Part shown: piece by piece, positions 49,828 through 60,705 of the stretch | Numbering within the stretch: the stretch's first letter is position 1 | How the letters are laid out: every line of letters begins with the position of its first letter | From: Flavobacteriales bacterium | GTDB lineage: Bacteria; Bacteroidota; Bacteroidia; Flavobacteriales; UBA7430 | Assembly: GCA_965183875.1 (NCBI GenBank) | Contig: CBCYMK010000028.1 | Span: forward strand, 37,531 to 101,530 | DNA: 64,000 bases | Reading direction: 5' to 3' | Made by a program: the position numbers and the translations under genes | Notes under the pieces: generated by a model | Databases searched by the model: none | What the model was told of the DNA's origin: nothing | The model's input: the letters and a program-made list of their open reading frames with translations, nothing else

Positions 49828-51174
49828 ATGACTATGTTTAAGAAAATTCTGATCGCCAACCGTGGTGAAATTGCCCTACGCGTTATTCGTACCGCGAGAG
49901 AAATGGGTATTAAAACGGTGGCTGTGTATTCTACTGCTGATGTAGATAGTTTACATGTTAAATTTGCGGATGAAGCAGTATGTATTGGCCCTGCCAGTAG
50001 TACTGACTCATACCTTAAAATCCCTAATATTATAGCTGCTGCTGAAATAACCAATGCCGATGCGATACATCCTGGCTATGGGTTTTTAGCAGAAAACTCT
50101 AACTTTTCTAAAATTTGTGAAGAAAACGACCTTAAGTTTATTGGGGCTTCTCCAGAAATGATTGATGGAATGGGAGATAAAGCTAATGCTAAAGCTACCA
50201 TGAAAGCGGCTAAAGTTCCTACTATTCCTGGTTCAGAAGGAATTTTGGATACTTATGATGAAGCTGAAGCTTTGGCAATAGATATGGGCTTTCCTGTAAT
50301 GCTTAAAGCTACTGCCGGTGGTGGTGGTAAAGGAATGCGTGCTGTTTATAAATTAGAGAATTTCCAAAATGCTTGGGATTCTGCACGTCAGGAAGCTGCT
50401 GCTGCTTTTGGGAATGATGGTATGTACATGGAGAAGTTAATTCTTGAGCCGCGACATATAGAAATCCAAATTATAGGTGATTCTAACGGAAAAGCTTGTC
50501 ACTTGTCAGAAAGAGATTGCTCTGTGCAAAGAAGACATCAAAAGCTAACCGAAGAAGCGCCTTCTCCATTTATGACTAAGGATCTTCGTAAACGTATGGG
50601 AGAGGCTGCTGTTAGAGCTGCCGAAGCTGTAAAATATGAAGGTGCTGGTACTGTTGAGTTCTTAGTTGATAAGGACAGAAACTTCTACTTTATGGAAATG
50701 AATACTCGTATTCAGGTTGAACACCCCGTAACAGAAGAGGTTATTAACTACGATTTAATTGCAGAGCAAATTAAGGTTGCCGCAGGGATCCCTATTTCAG
50801 GAGAAAACTACGAGCCAACATCTCATGCCATTGAATGTAGAATTAATGCAGAAGATCCTCATAATGATTTCAGACCTTGTCCAGGTAAGATCACTAATTA
50901 TCATGCTCCTGGTGGGCACGGTGTAAGAGTTGATACACACGTGTATTCTGGCTATGTTATCCCACCTTATTACGATTCTATGATTGCGAAATTAATAACG
51001 GTTGCGCAAACAAGAGATGAGGCTATAGAGAAAATGAAAAGAGCTCTCAGAGAATTTACTATCGAAGGGGTGAAAACAACTATTCCTTTCCACTTACAAT
51101 TGATGGATGATCCAGCTTATAGATCTGGGAATTATACCACCAAGTTTATGGAAGACTTTGTAATGAAGAAGTAA
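49828..51174 (+). CDS. accC: Acetyl-CoA carboxylase biotin carboxylase
   Basis: 448-aa [28 protein letters not shown] and [14 protein letters not shown]. Confidence 0.96.
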   Translation: MTMFKKILIANRGEIALRVIRTAREMGIKTVAVYSTADVDSLHVKFADEAVCIGPASSTDSYLKIPNIIAAAEITNADAIHPGYGFLAENSNFSKICEENDLKFIGASPEMIDGMGDKANAKATMKAAKVPTIPGSEGILDTYDEAEALAIDMGFPVMLKATAGGGGKGMRAVYKLENFQNAWDSARQEAAAAFGNDGMYMEKLILEPRHIEIQIIGDSNGKACHLSERDCSVQRRHQKLTEEAPSPFMTKDLRKRMGEAAVRAAEAVKYEGAGTVEFLVDKDRNFYFMEMNTRIQVEHPVTEEVINYDLIAEQIKVAAGIPISGENYEPTSHAIECRINAEDPHNDFRPCPGKITNYHAPGGHGVRVDTHVYSGYVIPPYYDSMIAKLITVAQTRDEAIEKMKRALREFTIEGVKTTIPFHLQLMDDPAYRSGNYTTKFMEDFVMKK

Positions 51175-51190
51175 TTTCCAATTCATATTA

Positions 51191-51226
51191 AAAAAAAAGC
51201 CCTCTCGATTTCGAGAGGGCTTTTTT
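51191..51226. terminator. Bidirectional terminator between accC and dxs
   Basis: 10-bp stem gccctctcga/tcgagagggc flanked by A8 and T6. Confidence 0.85.
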
Positions 51227-51254
51227 AATATAGGAGTTTATATTAGCTAGCGCT

Positions 51255-53198
51255 TTAATGGCTATGTTTTAGCTTAGTTCTAATCTGTTCGATAATTCTT
51301 TTAACACCTTCTTTATCGTATGCACAATCCGATTGTAATTGTAGCTGAGGGCCGTGTTCAATAAACTCATCTGGCACCCCTAGTCTGTAAACAGACGAAT
51401 GGTATTGATGGTCTGCCATGAATTCAATCACTGCTGATCCAACACCGCCTGTAATACATCCATCTTCAATAGTAATAATATGGCTGTAGTTTTGGAAAAC
51501 TTCGTGTAGAAGGTTTTGGTCTAATGGTTTTGCAAATCTCAAATCGTAATGTGCAATTTGGATGCCTTCTTTGTCGTATTCGTTACATGCATCCATCGCG
51601 TAATTTCCAACGTGTCCGAAACTTAAAATAGCGATGTCTTTTCCAGAACGCAATTTACGGCCAGACCCAATTTCAATAGATTCAAATTCGGTTTTCCATT
51701 CGGGCATAACTCCTTTTCCTCGAGGATAGCGAATTGTAAAAGGTCCGTGGTCTTTTTCTTGTGAGGTAAACATTAGATTTCTTAGCTCTCCTTCGTTCAT
51801 AGGAGCAGAAATTATCATGTTCGGAATACACCTAAAAAAAGCAATATCAAAGGTTCCGTGATGTGTGGGGCCATCGTCTCCAACTAAGCCGGCACGATCT
51901 AAACAAAACACCACATTAAGTTTCTGGATTGCTACATCGTGTACCACCTGATCGAAGGCTCTTTGCATAAAGCTAGAGTATATATTGCAAAAGGGAGTAA
52001 AGCCTTGGGTGGCCATTCCAGCAGAAAAAGTTACTGCATGTTGTTCTGCTATACCTACATCAAATGCTCTGTCAGGCATTTCTTCCATCATGTATTTTAA
52101 AGAACATCCAGTGGGCATTGCTGGGGTTATCCCAACAATTTTTTCGTTCTTTTTTGCCAACTCTATGATAGTATGTCCAAATACATCTTGGTATTTTGGA
52201 GCCTCAGTTTTAGGCTTTTTTATACTGATAATTTCACCTGTATCTTTGTTGAAAAGCCCAGGTGCATGCCATTTAGTAGTGTCTCCTTCTTCGGCAGGCT
52301 TATATCCTTTACCTTTAGTGGTAATACAGTGAAGAATTTTAGGTCCAGGGATGTCTTTTAAATCCGCTAAAATTTTCACCATATGCTCTACATCGTGCCC
52401 ATCTACAGGGCCAAAATATCTAAAGTTTAAGGATTCAAAATAGTTGCTCTGTTCAAGCATAGAGGACTTTACAGCATTTTCTACCTTTTTTACTAGCGAT
52501 TGTGCGTTAGGTCCAAACTTGCTTATTTTACCGAGTAAATCCCAAACTTCATCTTTAATTTTATTGTAAGTATGTGAGGTGGTAATGTCTGTGAGATATT
52601 CTTTTAATGCTCCTACATTAGGATCTATAGACATGCAGTTATCATTAAGGATAACCAACATATTTGAGTTTTCTATACCTGCATGATTTAGCGCTTCAAA
52701 AGCTTGCCCTCCTGTAAGTGCTCCATCGCCTATTACCGCTATATGCTGTTTTTGTGCATCTCCTTTTAGTTGAGAAGCAACTGCCATTCCTAGAGCTGCT
52801 CCAATAGAAGTTGAGGAGTGTCCTACTCCAAAAGCATCATATTCACTCTCATCCCGCTTAGGAAACCCACTAATACCTTTGTACTTTCTGTTCGTGTGAA
52901 AAACATCTTTTCTACCTGTAAGAATTTTATGTCCGTATGCTTGATGTCCTACGTCCCAAACTAACTGGTCTTCGGGAGTGTTGAATACATAATGTAGTGC
53001 AACGGTAAGTTCAACCACACCTAAACTAGCCCCAAAGTGACCTCCGTTGGTAGATACTTGGTCTACAATAAATTGACGCAACTCGGTAGAAACTTGAGGT
53101 AAGTCTATTGCTTCCAGTTTTCTTAAGTCGGTCGGATTATTTATTGATCCTAGTAAAGATTTCACTTTGTTGTGTGGTATTGGAGGTGAGTATTTCAA
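51255..53198 (-). CDS. dxs: 1-deoxy-D-xylulose-5-phosphate synthase
   Basis: 647-aa ORF. GHSSTSIGAALGMA, IGDGALTGGQAFEALN and DGPTHHG. Confidence 0.96.
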   Translation of the reverse strand: MKYSPPIPHNKVKSLLGSINNPTDLRKLEAIDLPQVSTELRQFIVDQVSTNGGHFGASLGVVELTVALHYVFNTPEDQLVWDVGHQAYGHKILTGRKDVFHTNRKYKGISGFPKRDESEYDAFGVGHSSTSIGAALGMAVASQLKGDAQKQHIAVIGDGALTGGQAFEALNHAGIENSNMLVILNDNCMSIDPNVGALKEYLTDITTSHTYNKIKDEVWDLLGKISKFGPNAQSLVKKVENAVKSSMLEQSNYFESLNFRYFGPVDGHDVEHMVKILADLKDIPGPKILHCITTKGKGYKPAEEGDTTKWHAPGLFNKDTGEIISIKKPKTEAPKYQDVFGHTIIELAKKNEKIVGITPAMPTGCSLKYMMEEMPDRAFDVGIAEQHAVTFSAGMATQGFTPFCNIYSSFMQRAFDQVVHDVAIQKLNVVFCLDRAGLVGDDGPTHHGTFDIAFFRCIPNMIISAPMNEGELRNLMFTSQEKDHGPFTIRYPRGKGVMPEWKTEFESIEIGSGRKLRSGKDIAILSFGHVGNYAMDACNEYDKEGIQIAHYDLRFAKPLDQNLLHEVFQNYSHIITIEDGCITGGVGSAVIEFMADHQYHSSVYRLGVPDEFIEHGPQLQLQSDCAYDKEGVKRIIEQIRTKLKHSH

Positions 53199-53288
53199 TC
53201 AATTGCAAATGTACTAAACTAATAGTAGAAATTATATTTTGGAATTGAGTAAAAAAGACGGATATTTAAAATTCTAATTTTATACTCA

Positions 53289-53834
53289 ATGACTAATAAG
53301 GAACTCATAGATTCTATATATCACAACGATGAAAAGGTGATCGAATCTCTGTACCATGACTATAGGTCACACTTTATTTCTTGGGCCCTTGTAGAATATA
53401 AGATATCTAAAGACGACGCTAAAGATCTATTTCAAGAAGTGATGGTTGTGTTAGTTGTGAAAATTCAAAGAAAAAAAATTATTGAAATTACTACTACTGT
53501 AAAAACATTCCTATTTGGTATTGGGAAGCAATTAATAAGAAATAATATTAAACTCAAATACAATAGAGAGTCAAGACAACAGCAATTCTATTATCAATCT
53601 GATAAATCCGACCAAAACATAGAGGTTGATGATAATTATGGTCTTGTAATTTCTGAATTGTCAAATATGAAAATGCCCTGTAAGTCTATCCTTTATCAGT
53701 ATTATTTAGATAATTTGAGTTTAAATGAAATAGCACTATCTTTGGGCTATAAATCGGCTAAAAGTGTTAAAGTACAGAAGTATAGGTGTTTGAAGACACT
53801 CAAAGATGAAATATTTAAAGTTAAAGTAAAATAA
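53289..53834 (+). CDS. ECF-type sigma-70 family RNA polymerase sigma factor
   Basis: 181-aa ORF. Region-2-like DAKDLFQEVMVVL and a region-4 HTH, LSLNEIALSLGYKSAKSVKVQKYRCLKTLK. Confidence 0.75.
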   Translation: MTNKELIDSIYHNDEKVIESLYHDYRSHFISWALVEYKISKDDAKDLFQEVMVVLVVKIQRKKIIEITTTVKTFLFGIGKQLIRNNIKLKYNRESRQQQFYYQSDKSDQNIEVDDNYGLVISELSNMKMPCKSILYQYYLDNLSLNEIALSLGYKSAKSVKVQKYRCLKTLKDEIFKVKVK

Positions 53835-53838
53835 TAGT

Positions 53839-54603
53839 ATGGTATTTAGTGCAAAAAAAATTGAGCTTATAGAGCGTTATTATAATGAAGATTTATCTCC
53901 AGAAGAATTAGATTTTTTTATGGAACAGATGGTGAAAGATTCAAATTTTGCTGAAGAAGTAAAACAATTTAGTTTTGTTTTTGAAGGCATAGATGAGTTG
54001 CGATCTCTAGAAATGAAAAATAAATTTAATATATACGAAAGGCAGTATCTGGCTGATTCTAAGAGGTCTCGATTTGTTAAGTTCACGCGTAAGTCAGCTT
54101 CTATGGCGGCCGCTTTTTCCATCTTACTAATGTCAACGGCTTATTTGTTTGTCTTTACTAATCCTTCTGTGAATACAGCAGAAGTGTATGCACAATATTT
54201 TGAGGCTTATCCTAATGTTATAGCACCTGTAACTAGATCGCTTAATCAGGATCTTGGAGCCGTGTTTTTAGCGATGAACAAATACGATTCTAATAATTAT
54301 ACAGATGCAATAACTGCTTTTGATGACTTGTTGGATCATAATCCATTGCAAAATGAAATTCTATTTTACAAAGCTGTCTCGTTAATGTCTACCGGCAAGC
54401 ATAAGGAAGCTAAGGTTCAGCTAGAGTTAATGGATGAATACGGTCAATTTAAAAATCAAAGAAAATGGTACTTAGCTCTTGCATCTCTTCAGTTAGAAGA
54501 GTTTGCAGAAACGCAAGAACTACTTACTAGTATAGTTCAAGATCAAAGCTCTTATTCTGTGTATGCTCAGGAATTGTTAAGCGAGTTTTTTTCCAATAAA
54601 TAA
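53839..54603 (+). CDS. Anti-sigma-like single-pass membrane protein with TPR ectodomain
   Basis: 254-aa ORF starting 4 nt after the sigma gene's stop codon. N-terminal IERYYNEDLSPEELDFFMEQ pattern, one TM (AAFSILLMSTAYLFVF) and a C-terminal TPR-like region. Confidence 0.5.
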   Translation: MVFSAKKIELIERYYNEDLSPEELDFFMEQMVKDSNFAEEVKQFSFVFEGIDELRSLEMKNKFNIYERQYLADSKRSRFVKFTRKSASMAAAFSILLMSTAYLFVFTNPSVNTAEVYAQYFEAYPNVIAPVTRSLNQDLGAVFLAMNKYDSNNYTDAITAFDDLLDHNPLQNEILFYKAVSLMSTGKHKEAKVQLELMDEYGQFKNQRKWYLALASLQLEEFAETQELLTSIVQDQSSYSVYAQELLSEFFSNK

Positions 54604-57576
54604 TCCGATAGCACATAAGAGTATTCCCAGTGCTAAGAATTTAAGTTTTTGCGATTTAGTTTTCTCTAGGTCTATTGTTTTATGATCACCTATTAATGCA
54701 AGTCCAGCCCAATAAATGGGATTGGATGTATGTTCATCGGCATTTTTTAAATAGTTAGTTTTCGCATTTTTCATTGCTAGAGATTTATTCTCACTGCTAA
54801 GCCTGTTAAAAAAATCTTTTATGATTAGAGATGTCGAAAAATCTGGTAGTGGCCATAGTCCTACGATTACTGTTTTCGCTCCAGCATAATTAAAACTCCT
54901 GGCTAGACTAGCAAGTCCTTCTCCCTTTTTGAGTTCGCCAACACCTGTATTACAAGCGCTCAAGACAATGAGCTCAGTGTTTAATTTTGTATTTTGAATT
55001 TCATAAGCGTATAATTTGTTCTCTGTCTCTTTGGTTTTGGAACTCAATAGTAAGCTTGAATAAGCAGAATTTTTAGTGTTTATTTTTGCGTGGCTTGCAA
55101 AGTGAACGATTTTATAATTAGCAATTTCTGCTAAAATTGTTTCTTTTAAATTCTCCTCTTCACTAAGGAGTTTTCCATTAAACTTTTCAGCTATCGAGGC
55201 TACTTCGCTATGTGCGCCTTTTAGCTTACTAATGTTTTCTCCCGAAAATGTTGGAGCTATTCCCAGGTATAACTCTTGGTCATTATAGGGGGTGTGGTGA
55301 CTTTTTTGAAGCGAGTTTTTGTAGGAAATGGAAAAGTCATTAATTAAGTAGTTCAGTTTGTTATAACTCGTTTGTTGGTGCTTTTGTGTAATGAATGTGT
55401 CGAAACTTAAAAATGAAATCGATTTACTTGGAATTATAGTAATCTGATTTATACCGTCTTTAATAAGATGGTTTTTAATTAAATCGGTATAAAATATAAA
55501 CGCCAATTCTGCATAGCTTATAAATTCTGAGTTTTGGGTAGCATAATTAAAGGTGTTTATTTTCTCCTCGAAAAAGTCTATCTCAACCTCATTAAATTTC
55601 ATAGTCTTATTACTAAGACTAATTGAGAAAATCTCATTTTTATACTGGTAGTATTCAATCAGTAATTCATCTGGATCTAAGCTGTTTTGAATCTGTGAAA
55701 TATTAAAATCAGATTTTTGGTACTTCTGTGCGAAATATATAGGGTTGCTATCTTCTAGTTTTCCCAATAAATCTTCGAGTTCTCTTTTTTGTTCGAAAAT
55801 AGTACTGCTGAGCTCTTTTGAATATTCAGAACTAGGTTCATTTTCTGTAAAAAGTAAGTTTTGGTTTTGAGAGATTTCTCTTTTTAAATAATCTTCTTTA
55901 AGAAGTAGTGAGTCGGAAATATGATTGCTATTTTTTGCTTTAAGATCAGAGTATTCTTGCTTCAGAAGAAACGATTTCTCTGCTTCAAAAAACGCTAATG
56001 CTTGTTCTATATATTTGGGGTCTTTAGTGAGGTCGTAAAGTGTCTTAGCTGCTTGAATCCCTAAGTGTAAATTTTCATTTATTGAGATAAATAAATCCAG
56101 TTTTGCGTCTTCGTGTTCGTAATAATCGATGGTAATACCACTAAGTTTACTCGTTATTATAGTGGATTCGTAGAGCGTATTTAAAAATTGTATATTTTGT
56201 GTTTTGTTGTATTCTTCCCAGAGCATTTTTTCTTTTAGTATGTAAATGTCTAGAAGTAATGTTCTGGAGATTATTTCTTCTGTAAAATCAATATTTGTGG
56301 ATTTTGATAAGATAAGTGCTCCTTCTGCATTGGTAAGTTCTGTATTTGCTTTTGGATAGTTGTTCTGTAAGAAATAGCATTTAGCTAATAGGTAGTAGCT
56401 CTCTGCAAGGTCTAAATCTTTTATGCCAAATAAATTTTTAGCTATCGCAATTGACTTAGTAAGATGTTCTTCTGCCTTTTGATATTCTTTTAGTTTTATA
56501 TAGGTGTCTGCGAAATGATTCAGGATAACGGTAGTTAATTCATTGCTAGTTCCAGAGACTTCTGTGTTTAACGTATTTGCTTTTTTTAATACAACCAACG
56601 CACTGTCGTATTGGGTGCATTCCATTAGTGTAGCACCAAGGTTTAGGTATTTCCAAGGAAGCTCATTTGTATAGTCTTTCCCCTCTAACAAAGAAATTGT
56701 TTTATTATGTATCTCTTTTGCTTCAGTAAACCTCCCCAAGTTGGTGTAGTTATTTGCTAAGTTACTATATGCCGTTGTACGTGCGAATATATCGTCTCCC
56801 TCTTCGAATATTTCTAGCGCTTCCTTATAGTATTCTTGAGAAGAGTTATAGTCTTTTTGAGATTCTAATATAACGCCAATTGCATTGTATATATGTGCCT
56901 TGTATTTGGTGTCACTAACTAAGCTGTCTTTGTAAAAGTTGAGTGCTGTTTCGTAGTTTTCTCTAGCTTTAAAAAGTCGATTCGACGACTGGTATGCACT
57001 CCCAAGAGAAAAGTATGAGCTAACTAAGCTGTTGTAGTTTAATGGCTTTATCTGTAATGCTATTTCAAGTGCTTGTTCTTGATAGTCGATAGACAATTTG
57101 GAGTTTCCAATATTTGAGTTAAATACTCCTAGTGCAATAAGGTTTTGTACTATTTTTTTGTGATTGGGTTTTAGGTGTAGTCTTCTTATTTCTAAAGCCT
57201 TTTCTGCATAAATAAAGGTAGAGTCTATTTCTCCTTTCCGGAATTTAGCAACGCCTAAATTATAGAGAACGTCTCCGTAAGGTTCTAGGTTTTCAAATCT
57301 GTCGTATCTCGTAGCAATCGACTTATGACCGTATTCGATAATCTTGTCAATTTTGTTCATCTTTTTAGAAAGATGGCAGAGCTGTGCTAAATAAGTAAAG
57401 CGAAGTTCAGCTTTGTCTGTACTTGAAATATATTGTTGTAGGAATTCTTCTGCACTGCTAAATGAAGAGTGTTTCGCTAGTGAATCGCTTTTTAAAAGTA
57501 TTGCATCTGATGAGCTTTGTGCATAACTAATAAGGCTTGTAGAAATAATTAAAACTATATAAATTACATTTTTCAT
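54577..57576 (-). CDS. Exported TPR-repeat CHAT-domain (caspase-like) protein
   Basis: 999-aa ORF with a signal peptide (IISTSLISYAQ). About 10 TPR-like repeats. CHAT domain with a His/Cys dyad context (IVHFASHAKIN and LIVLSACNTGVGE). C-terminal hydrophobic anchor (FLALGILLCAIGLFIG). Its 3' end overlaps the convergent gene by 27 nt. Confidence 0.85.
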   Translation of the reverse strand: MKNVIYIVLIISTSLISYAQSSSDAILLKSDSLAKHSSFSSAEEFLQQYISSTDKAELRFTYLAQLCHLSKKMNKIDKIIEYGHKSIATRYDRFENLEPYGDVLYNLGVAKFRKGEIDSTFIYAEKALEIRRLHLKPNHKKIVQNLIALGVFNSNIGNSKLSIDYQEQALEIALQIKPLNYNSLVSSYFSLGSAYQSSNRLFKARENYETALNFYKDSLVSDTKYKAHIYNAIGVILESQKDYNSSQEYYKEALEIFEEGDDIFARTTAYSNLANNYTNLGRFTEAKEIHNKTISLLEGKDYTNELPWKYLNLGATLMECTQYDSALVVLKKANTLNTEVSGTSNELTTVILNHFADTYIKLKEYQKAEEHLTKSIAIAKNLFGIKDLDLAESYYLLAKCYFLQNNYPKANTELTNAEGALILSKSTNIDFTEEIISRTLLLDIYILKEKMLWEEYNKTQNIQFLNTLYESTIITSKLSGITIDYYEHEDAKLDLFISINENLHLGIQAAKTLYDLTKDPKYIEQALAFFEAEKSFLLKQEYSDLKAKNSNHISDSLLLKEDYLKREISQNQNLLFTENEPSSEYSKELSSTIFEQKRELEDLLGKLEDSNPIYFAQKYQKSDFNISQIQNSLDPDELLIEYYQYKNEIFSISLSNKTMKFNEVEIDFFEEKINTFNYATQNSEFISYAELAFIFYTDLIKNHLIKDGINQITIIPSKSISFLSFDTFITQKHQQTSYNKLNYLINDFSISYKNSLQKSHHTPYNDQELYLGIAPTFSGENISKLKGAHSEVASIAEKFNGKLLSEEENLKETILAEIANYKIVHFASHAKINTKNSAYSSLLLSSKTKETENKLYAYEIQNTKLNTELIVLSACNTGVGELKKGEGLASLARSFNYAGAKTVIVGLWPLPDFSTSLIIKDFFNRLSSENKSLAMKNAKTNYLKNADEHTSNPIYWAGLALIGDHKTIDLEKTKSQKLKFLALGILLCAIGLFIGKKLA

Positions 57577-57721
57577 AAACTGATATTTATGCTAAAATAA
57601 GCCATCAATCTCAATTTGTAAGTGCTTTTGATGAAAAAAAATCGCTCATCAAAAATAGTACCAAATGACTAGTTTCTTGTAAAATAAGCATGGATTTCTA
57701 TTGCTATTCCACGGAAAAATT

Positions 57722-57729
57722 TAAATTTG
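57722..57729 (+). promoter_or_regulatory. Bacteroidetes-type -7 promoter box for asnS
   Basis: taaatttg, 30 nt upstream of ATG 57759. Confidence 0.45.
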
Positions 57730-57758
57730 CTAAAATAAGCTACGTTATCAAAAAGATC

Positions 57759-59198
57759 ATGAAAAGGACTACTGTGAAAAAAGCCTTGTCTTTAAAGGCA
57801 GGTGAGGAATTAGTAAACCTAAAAGGTTGGGTTAGAACAAAAAGAGGGAGCAAGCACGTTTCGTTTATTGCTTTAAACGACGGTTCTACCATAAATAATA
57901 TCCAAATTGTAGCAGAAGATATAATTTCAGAAGACATTTTGAAAGTGATCCATACAGGAGCTAGTCTTTCTGTTGTTGGGAAATTGGTGCAATCTCAAGG
58001 TTCGGGACAGGCCATAGAGCTACTGGCTGAGTCTATAGAAGTCTTGGGAGTTGCCGATCCGGATGAATATCCCTTACAGCCAAAAAAACATTCTTTAGAA
58101 TTTTTAAGAGAAAATGCCCATTTAAGGTTCAGAACTAATACGTTTAGTGCAATATTCCGCATTCGACATGCAATGACTTATGCTATTCATAGCTTTTTTA
58201 ATGAGAAAGGCTTTTCAAACGTTCATACGCCTATTATAACTGGCTCTGACTGTGAGGGGGCTGGCGAGATGTTTGCTGTTAGTACTTTGGATAAAAAAAA
58301 CACACCTCTAACTGAAGACGGCGAAATAGATTATGCGCAAGACTTCTTTGGGAAAGAAACCAACTTAACTGTTTCAGGACAACTAGAAGCTGAGATGGCT
58401 GCAATGGCACTCGGTAAGGTATATACTTTTGGACCTACTTTTAGAGCAGAAAATTCCAATACCTCTCGCCACCTAGCTGAGTTTTGGATGATAGAGCCGG
58501 AAGTGGCTTTTGCTGATTTAGACGAAGACATGGACTTGGCGGAGGAAATGCTAAGACATTTATGTACTTATGCTTTGGAGAATTGTGCTGATGACTTAGC
58601 TTTCTTAGATAAGCGTTTGTTTGAGGAAGAGAAGAATAAGAAAAAAGAAGAAAGACAAGAATTAGGGCTAATAGAGAAGTTGAAATTTGTTGCAGACAAC
58701 GATTTTGAACGCATAACTTATACCGAAGCGTATGATATTCTAAGAAACTCTAAACCCAATAAGAAAAAGAAATTCGAATACCTTATAAATGAGTGGGGAG
58801 CAGATTTTCAATCGGAGCATGAACGTTACCTTGTTGAGAAGAAATTCAAAAAACCCGTTATTATTACCGATTACCCTAAGGATATAAAAGCCTTTTATAT
58901 GCGTATGAACGAGGATGGAAAAACTGTTCGTGCTATGGATGTTTTGTTCCCTGGGATTGGCGAAATTATAGGTGGTTCACAAAGAGAAGAACGTATAGAT
59001 ATACTTAAAGCCCGTATGGCTGAAATGGATGTCTTAGAGCATGAACTCTCTTGGTATTTAGATTCTCGTAAATTTGGCTCTGCGCCACATAGTGGATTTG
59101 GTTTAGGATTTGAACGTCTGATTCTATTTGTTACAGGAATGGGGAATATCAGAGATGTGATTCCTTTCCCTAGAACACCAAATAACGCCGACTTTTAA
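57759..59198 (+). CDS. asnS: Asparaginyl-tRNA synthetase
   Basis: The internal start [10 protein letters not shown] was preferred over the track's 57690. A TAAATTTG box lies at 57722-57729. Class II motifs [21 protein letters not shown] and GFGLGFERL. Confidence 0.95.
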   Translation: MKRTTVKKALSLKAGEELVNLKGWVRTKRGSKHVSFIALNDGSTINNIQIVAEDIISEDILKVIHTGASLSVVGKLVQSQGSGQAIELLAESIEVLGVADPDEYPLQPKKHSLEFLRENAHLRFRTNTFSAIFRIRHAMTYAIHSFFNEKGFSNVHTPIITGSDCEGAGEMFAVSTLDKKNTPLTEDGEIDYAQDFFGKETNLTVSGQLEAEMAAMALGKVYTFGPTFRAENSNTSRHLAEFWMIEPEVAFADLDEDMDLAEEMLRHLCTYALENCADDLAFLDKRLFEEEKNKKKEERQELGLIEKLKFVADNDFERITYTEAYDILRNSKPNKKKKFEYLINEWGADFQSEHERYLVEKKFKKPVIITDYPKDIKAFYMRMNEDGKTVRAMDVLFPGIGEIIGGSQREERIDILKARMAEMDVLEHELSWYLDSRKFGSAPHSGFGLGFERLILFVTGMGNIRDVIPFPRTPNNADF

Positions 59199-59204
59199 AC
59201 AATT

Positions 59205-60653
59205 ATGTTAAAGCAGTCTCTACATCAGAAATTATCCCAAAAACTTTCTCCTCAGCAGATAAAGTTGATGAAGCTTATTCAGCTTCCAACAATCGAGCTC
59301 GAGCAAAAAGTGAAAGAGGAATTAGAGGCTAATCCTGCAATTGAAGAAGGTGTAGATGAAGTAGAAAGTCCTGATTTTGAAGACTATGAGGAGCGTGACG
59401 AACGCAGAATTGAAGCTGATGAAATCAATGTAGATGAATACCTTAGCGACGACGAAACACCTAGGTACAGACTAGTTGCTAATAATACCAGTCCCGATCA
59501 GGAAGATAAAACCATTCCTATAGCTATGGGGGTGAGTTCTATTCAGTTGTTAGAGAAACAGCTATCCCTCAGGAATTTAAGCGACCATCATTATCAAATA
59601 GGCCTGTATTTAATAGGAAGCATAAATGATAATGGGTATATAAGAAGAGATTTATCGCTTATTGTTGACGACCTTGCTTTTACTCAAAATATAGCAACTG
59701 ATTTAGTTGAACTCGAAGAGGTTTTGAAGATAATCCAAGATTTTGAACCCTTAGGTGTTGGAGCTAGAGATTTACAAGAAACTATGCTCATTCAGCTTCG
59801 TAAAAGAACGGAAAATGAGGTCGTATTACTCGCAAAAGAAATTGTAGAAAATCACTTTAACTCACTTTCTAAAAAACACTACGATAAATTATTGTCTAGG
59901 CTGTCGATTTCTGAAGACTTGCTAAAAAAATCATTGAAAGAAATCGCTAGGTTAAACCCTAAGCCGGGTTCTGTTTTATTTGCTTCTACTAGAGTTGTAC
60001 AGCATATAATACCAGATTTTAAGATTACTATTCAAAATGGAGAGTTAGATTTGGTTATGAATACCGGAATGATTCCAGAACTTAGAGTAAATAGCGGGTT
60101 TAAAGAGTTGTTACAAGGTTATAAAGAGACCAAGGATAAGTCAGATAAAGCTCAGAAAGATGCGGTGATTTTTGTTAAACAGAAATTAGATTCTGCTAAG
60201 TGGTTCATAGATGCTATTCGCCAACGTCATAGAACACTTATGCTCACAATGACTTCCATAATGAAGTACCAAGAGCAGTTTTTCCTCTCTGGGGATGAAA
60301 AGTCGTTGAAACCGATGATATTGAAAGATATTGCAGAGAAGGTTGAAATGGATATTTCAACAGTTTCAAGGGTTGCAAATAGTAAGTATGTGGACACTCC
60401 TTACGGTACTTTTTTGATCAAGTATTTCTTTTCTGAGTCCATGAAAAATGACCAAGGTGAAGATGTTTCTACAAAAGAAATAAAAATGATTTTGGATGAG
60501 GTTATTCAGGCTGAAAGTAAAGCTAAACCTCTTACCGATGCTAAGCTGATGGATATTCTTAAAGAAAAAGGATACCCCATTGCGCGTAGAACCGTAGCTA
60601 AATATCGGGAGCAATTAAATATTCCTGTTGCGCGATTGAGAAAAGAAATATAG
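59205..60653 (+). CDS. rpoN: RNA polymerase sigma-54 factor
   Basis: 482-aa ORF. Q/L-rich region I, acidic region II and the RpoN box ARRTVAKYR. Confidence 0.95.
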   Translation: MLKQSLHQKLSQKLSPQQIKLMKLIQLPTIELEQKVKEELEANPAIEEGVDEVESPDFEDYEERDERRIEADEINVDEYLSDDETPRYRLVANNTSPDQEDKTIPIAMGVSSIQLLEKQLSLRNLSDHHYQIGLYLIGSINDNGYIRRDLSLIVDDLAFTQNIATDLVELEEVLKIIQDFEPLGVGARDLQETMLIQLRKRTENEVVLLAKEIVENHFNSLSKKHYDKLLSRLSISEDLLKKSLKEIARLNPKPGSVLFASTRVVQHIIPDFKITIQNGELDLVMNTGMIPELRVNSGFKELLQGYKETKDKSDKAQKDAVIFVKQKLDSAKWFIDAIRQRHRTLMLTMTSIMKYQEQFFLSGDEKSLKPMILKDIAEKVEMDISTVSRVANSKYVDTPYGTFLIKYFFSESMKNDQGEDVSTKEIKMILDEVIQAESKAKPLTDAKLMDILKEKGYPIARRTVAKYREQLNIPVARLRKEI

Positions 60654-60673
60654 TTTGTTTAAATACTTTTGAG

Positions 60674-60681
60674 TATATTTG
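60674..60681 (+). promoter_or_regulatory. Bacteroidetes-type -7 promoter box for the ArsR-family gene
   Basis: tatatttg, 25 nt upstream of ATG 60706. Confidence 0.45.
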
Positions 60682-60705
60682 GTTCGTTCATTTAACCCCC
60701 CTCTT

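Noticed and set aside
48246-50054. Minus-strand ORFs 48246-48653, 49251-49574 and 49806-50054
   Set aside because: They lie entirely antisense to fabH, accB and accC. Their Ala/Gly-rich translations mirror the sense-strand codons.
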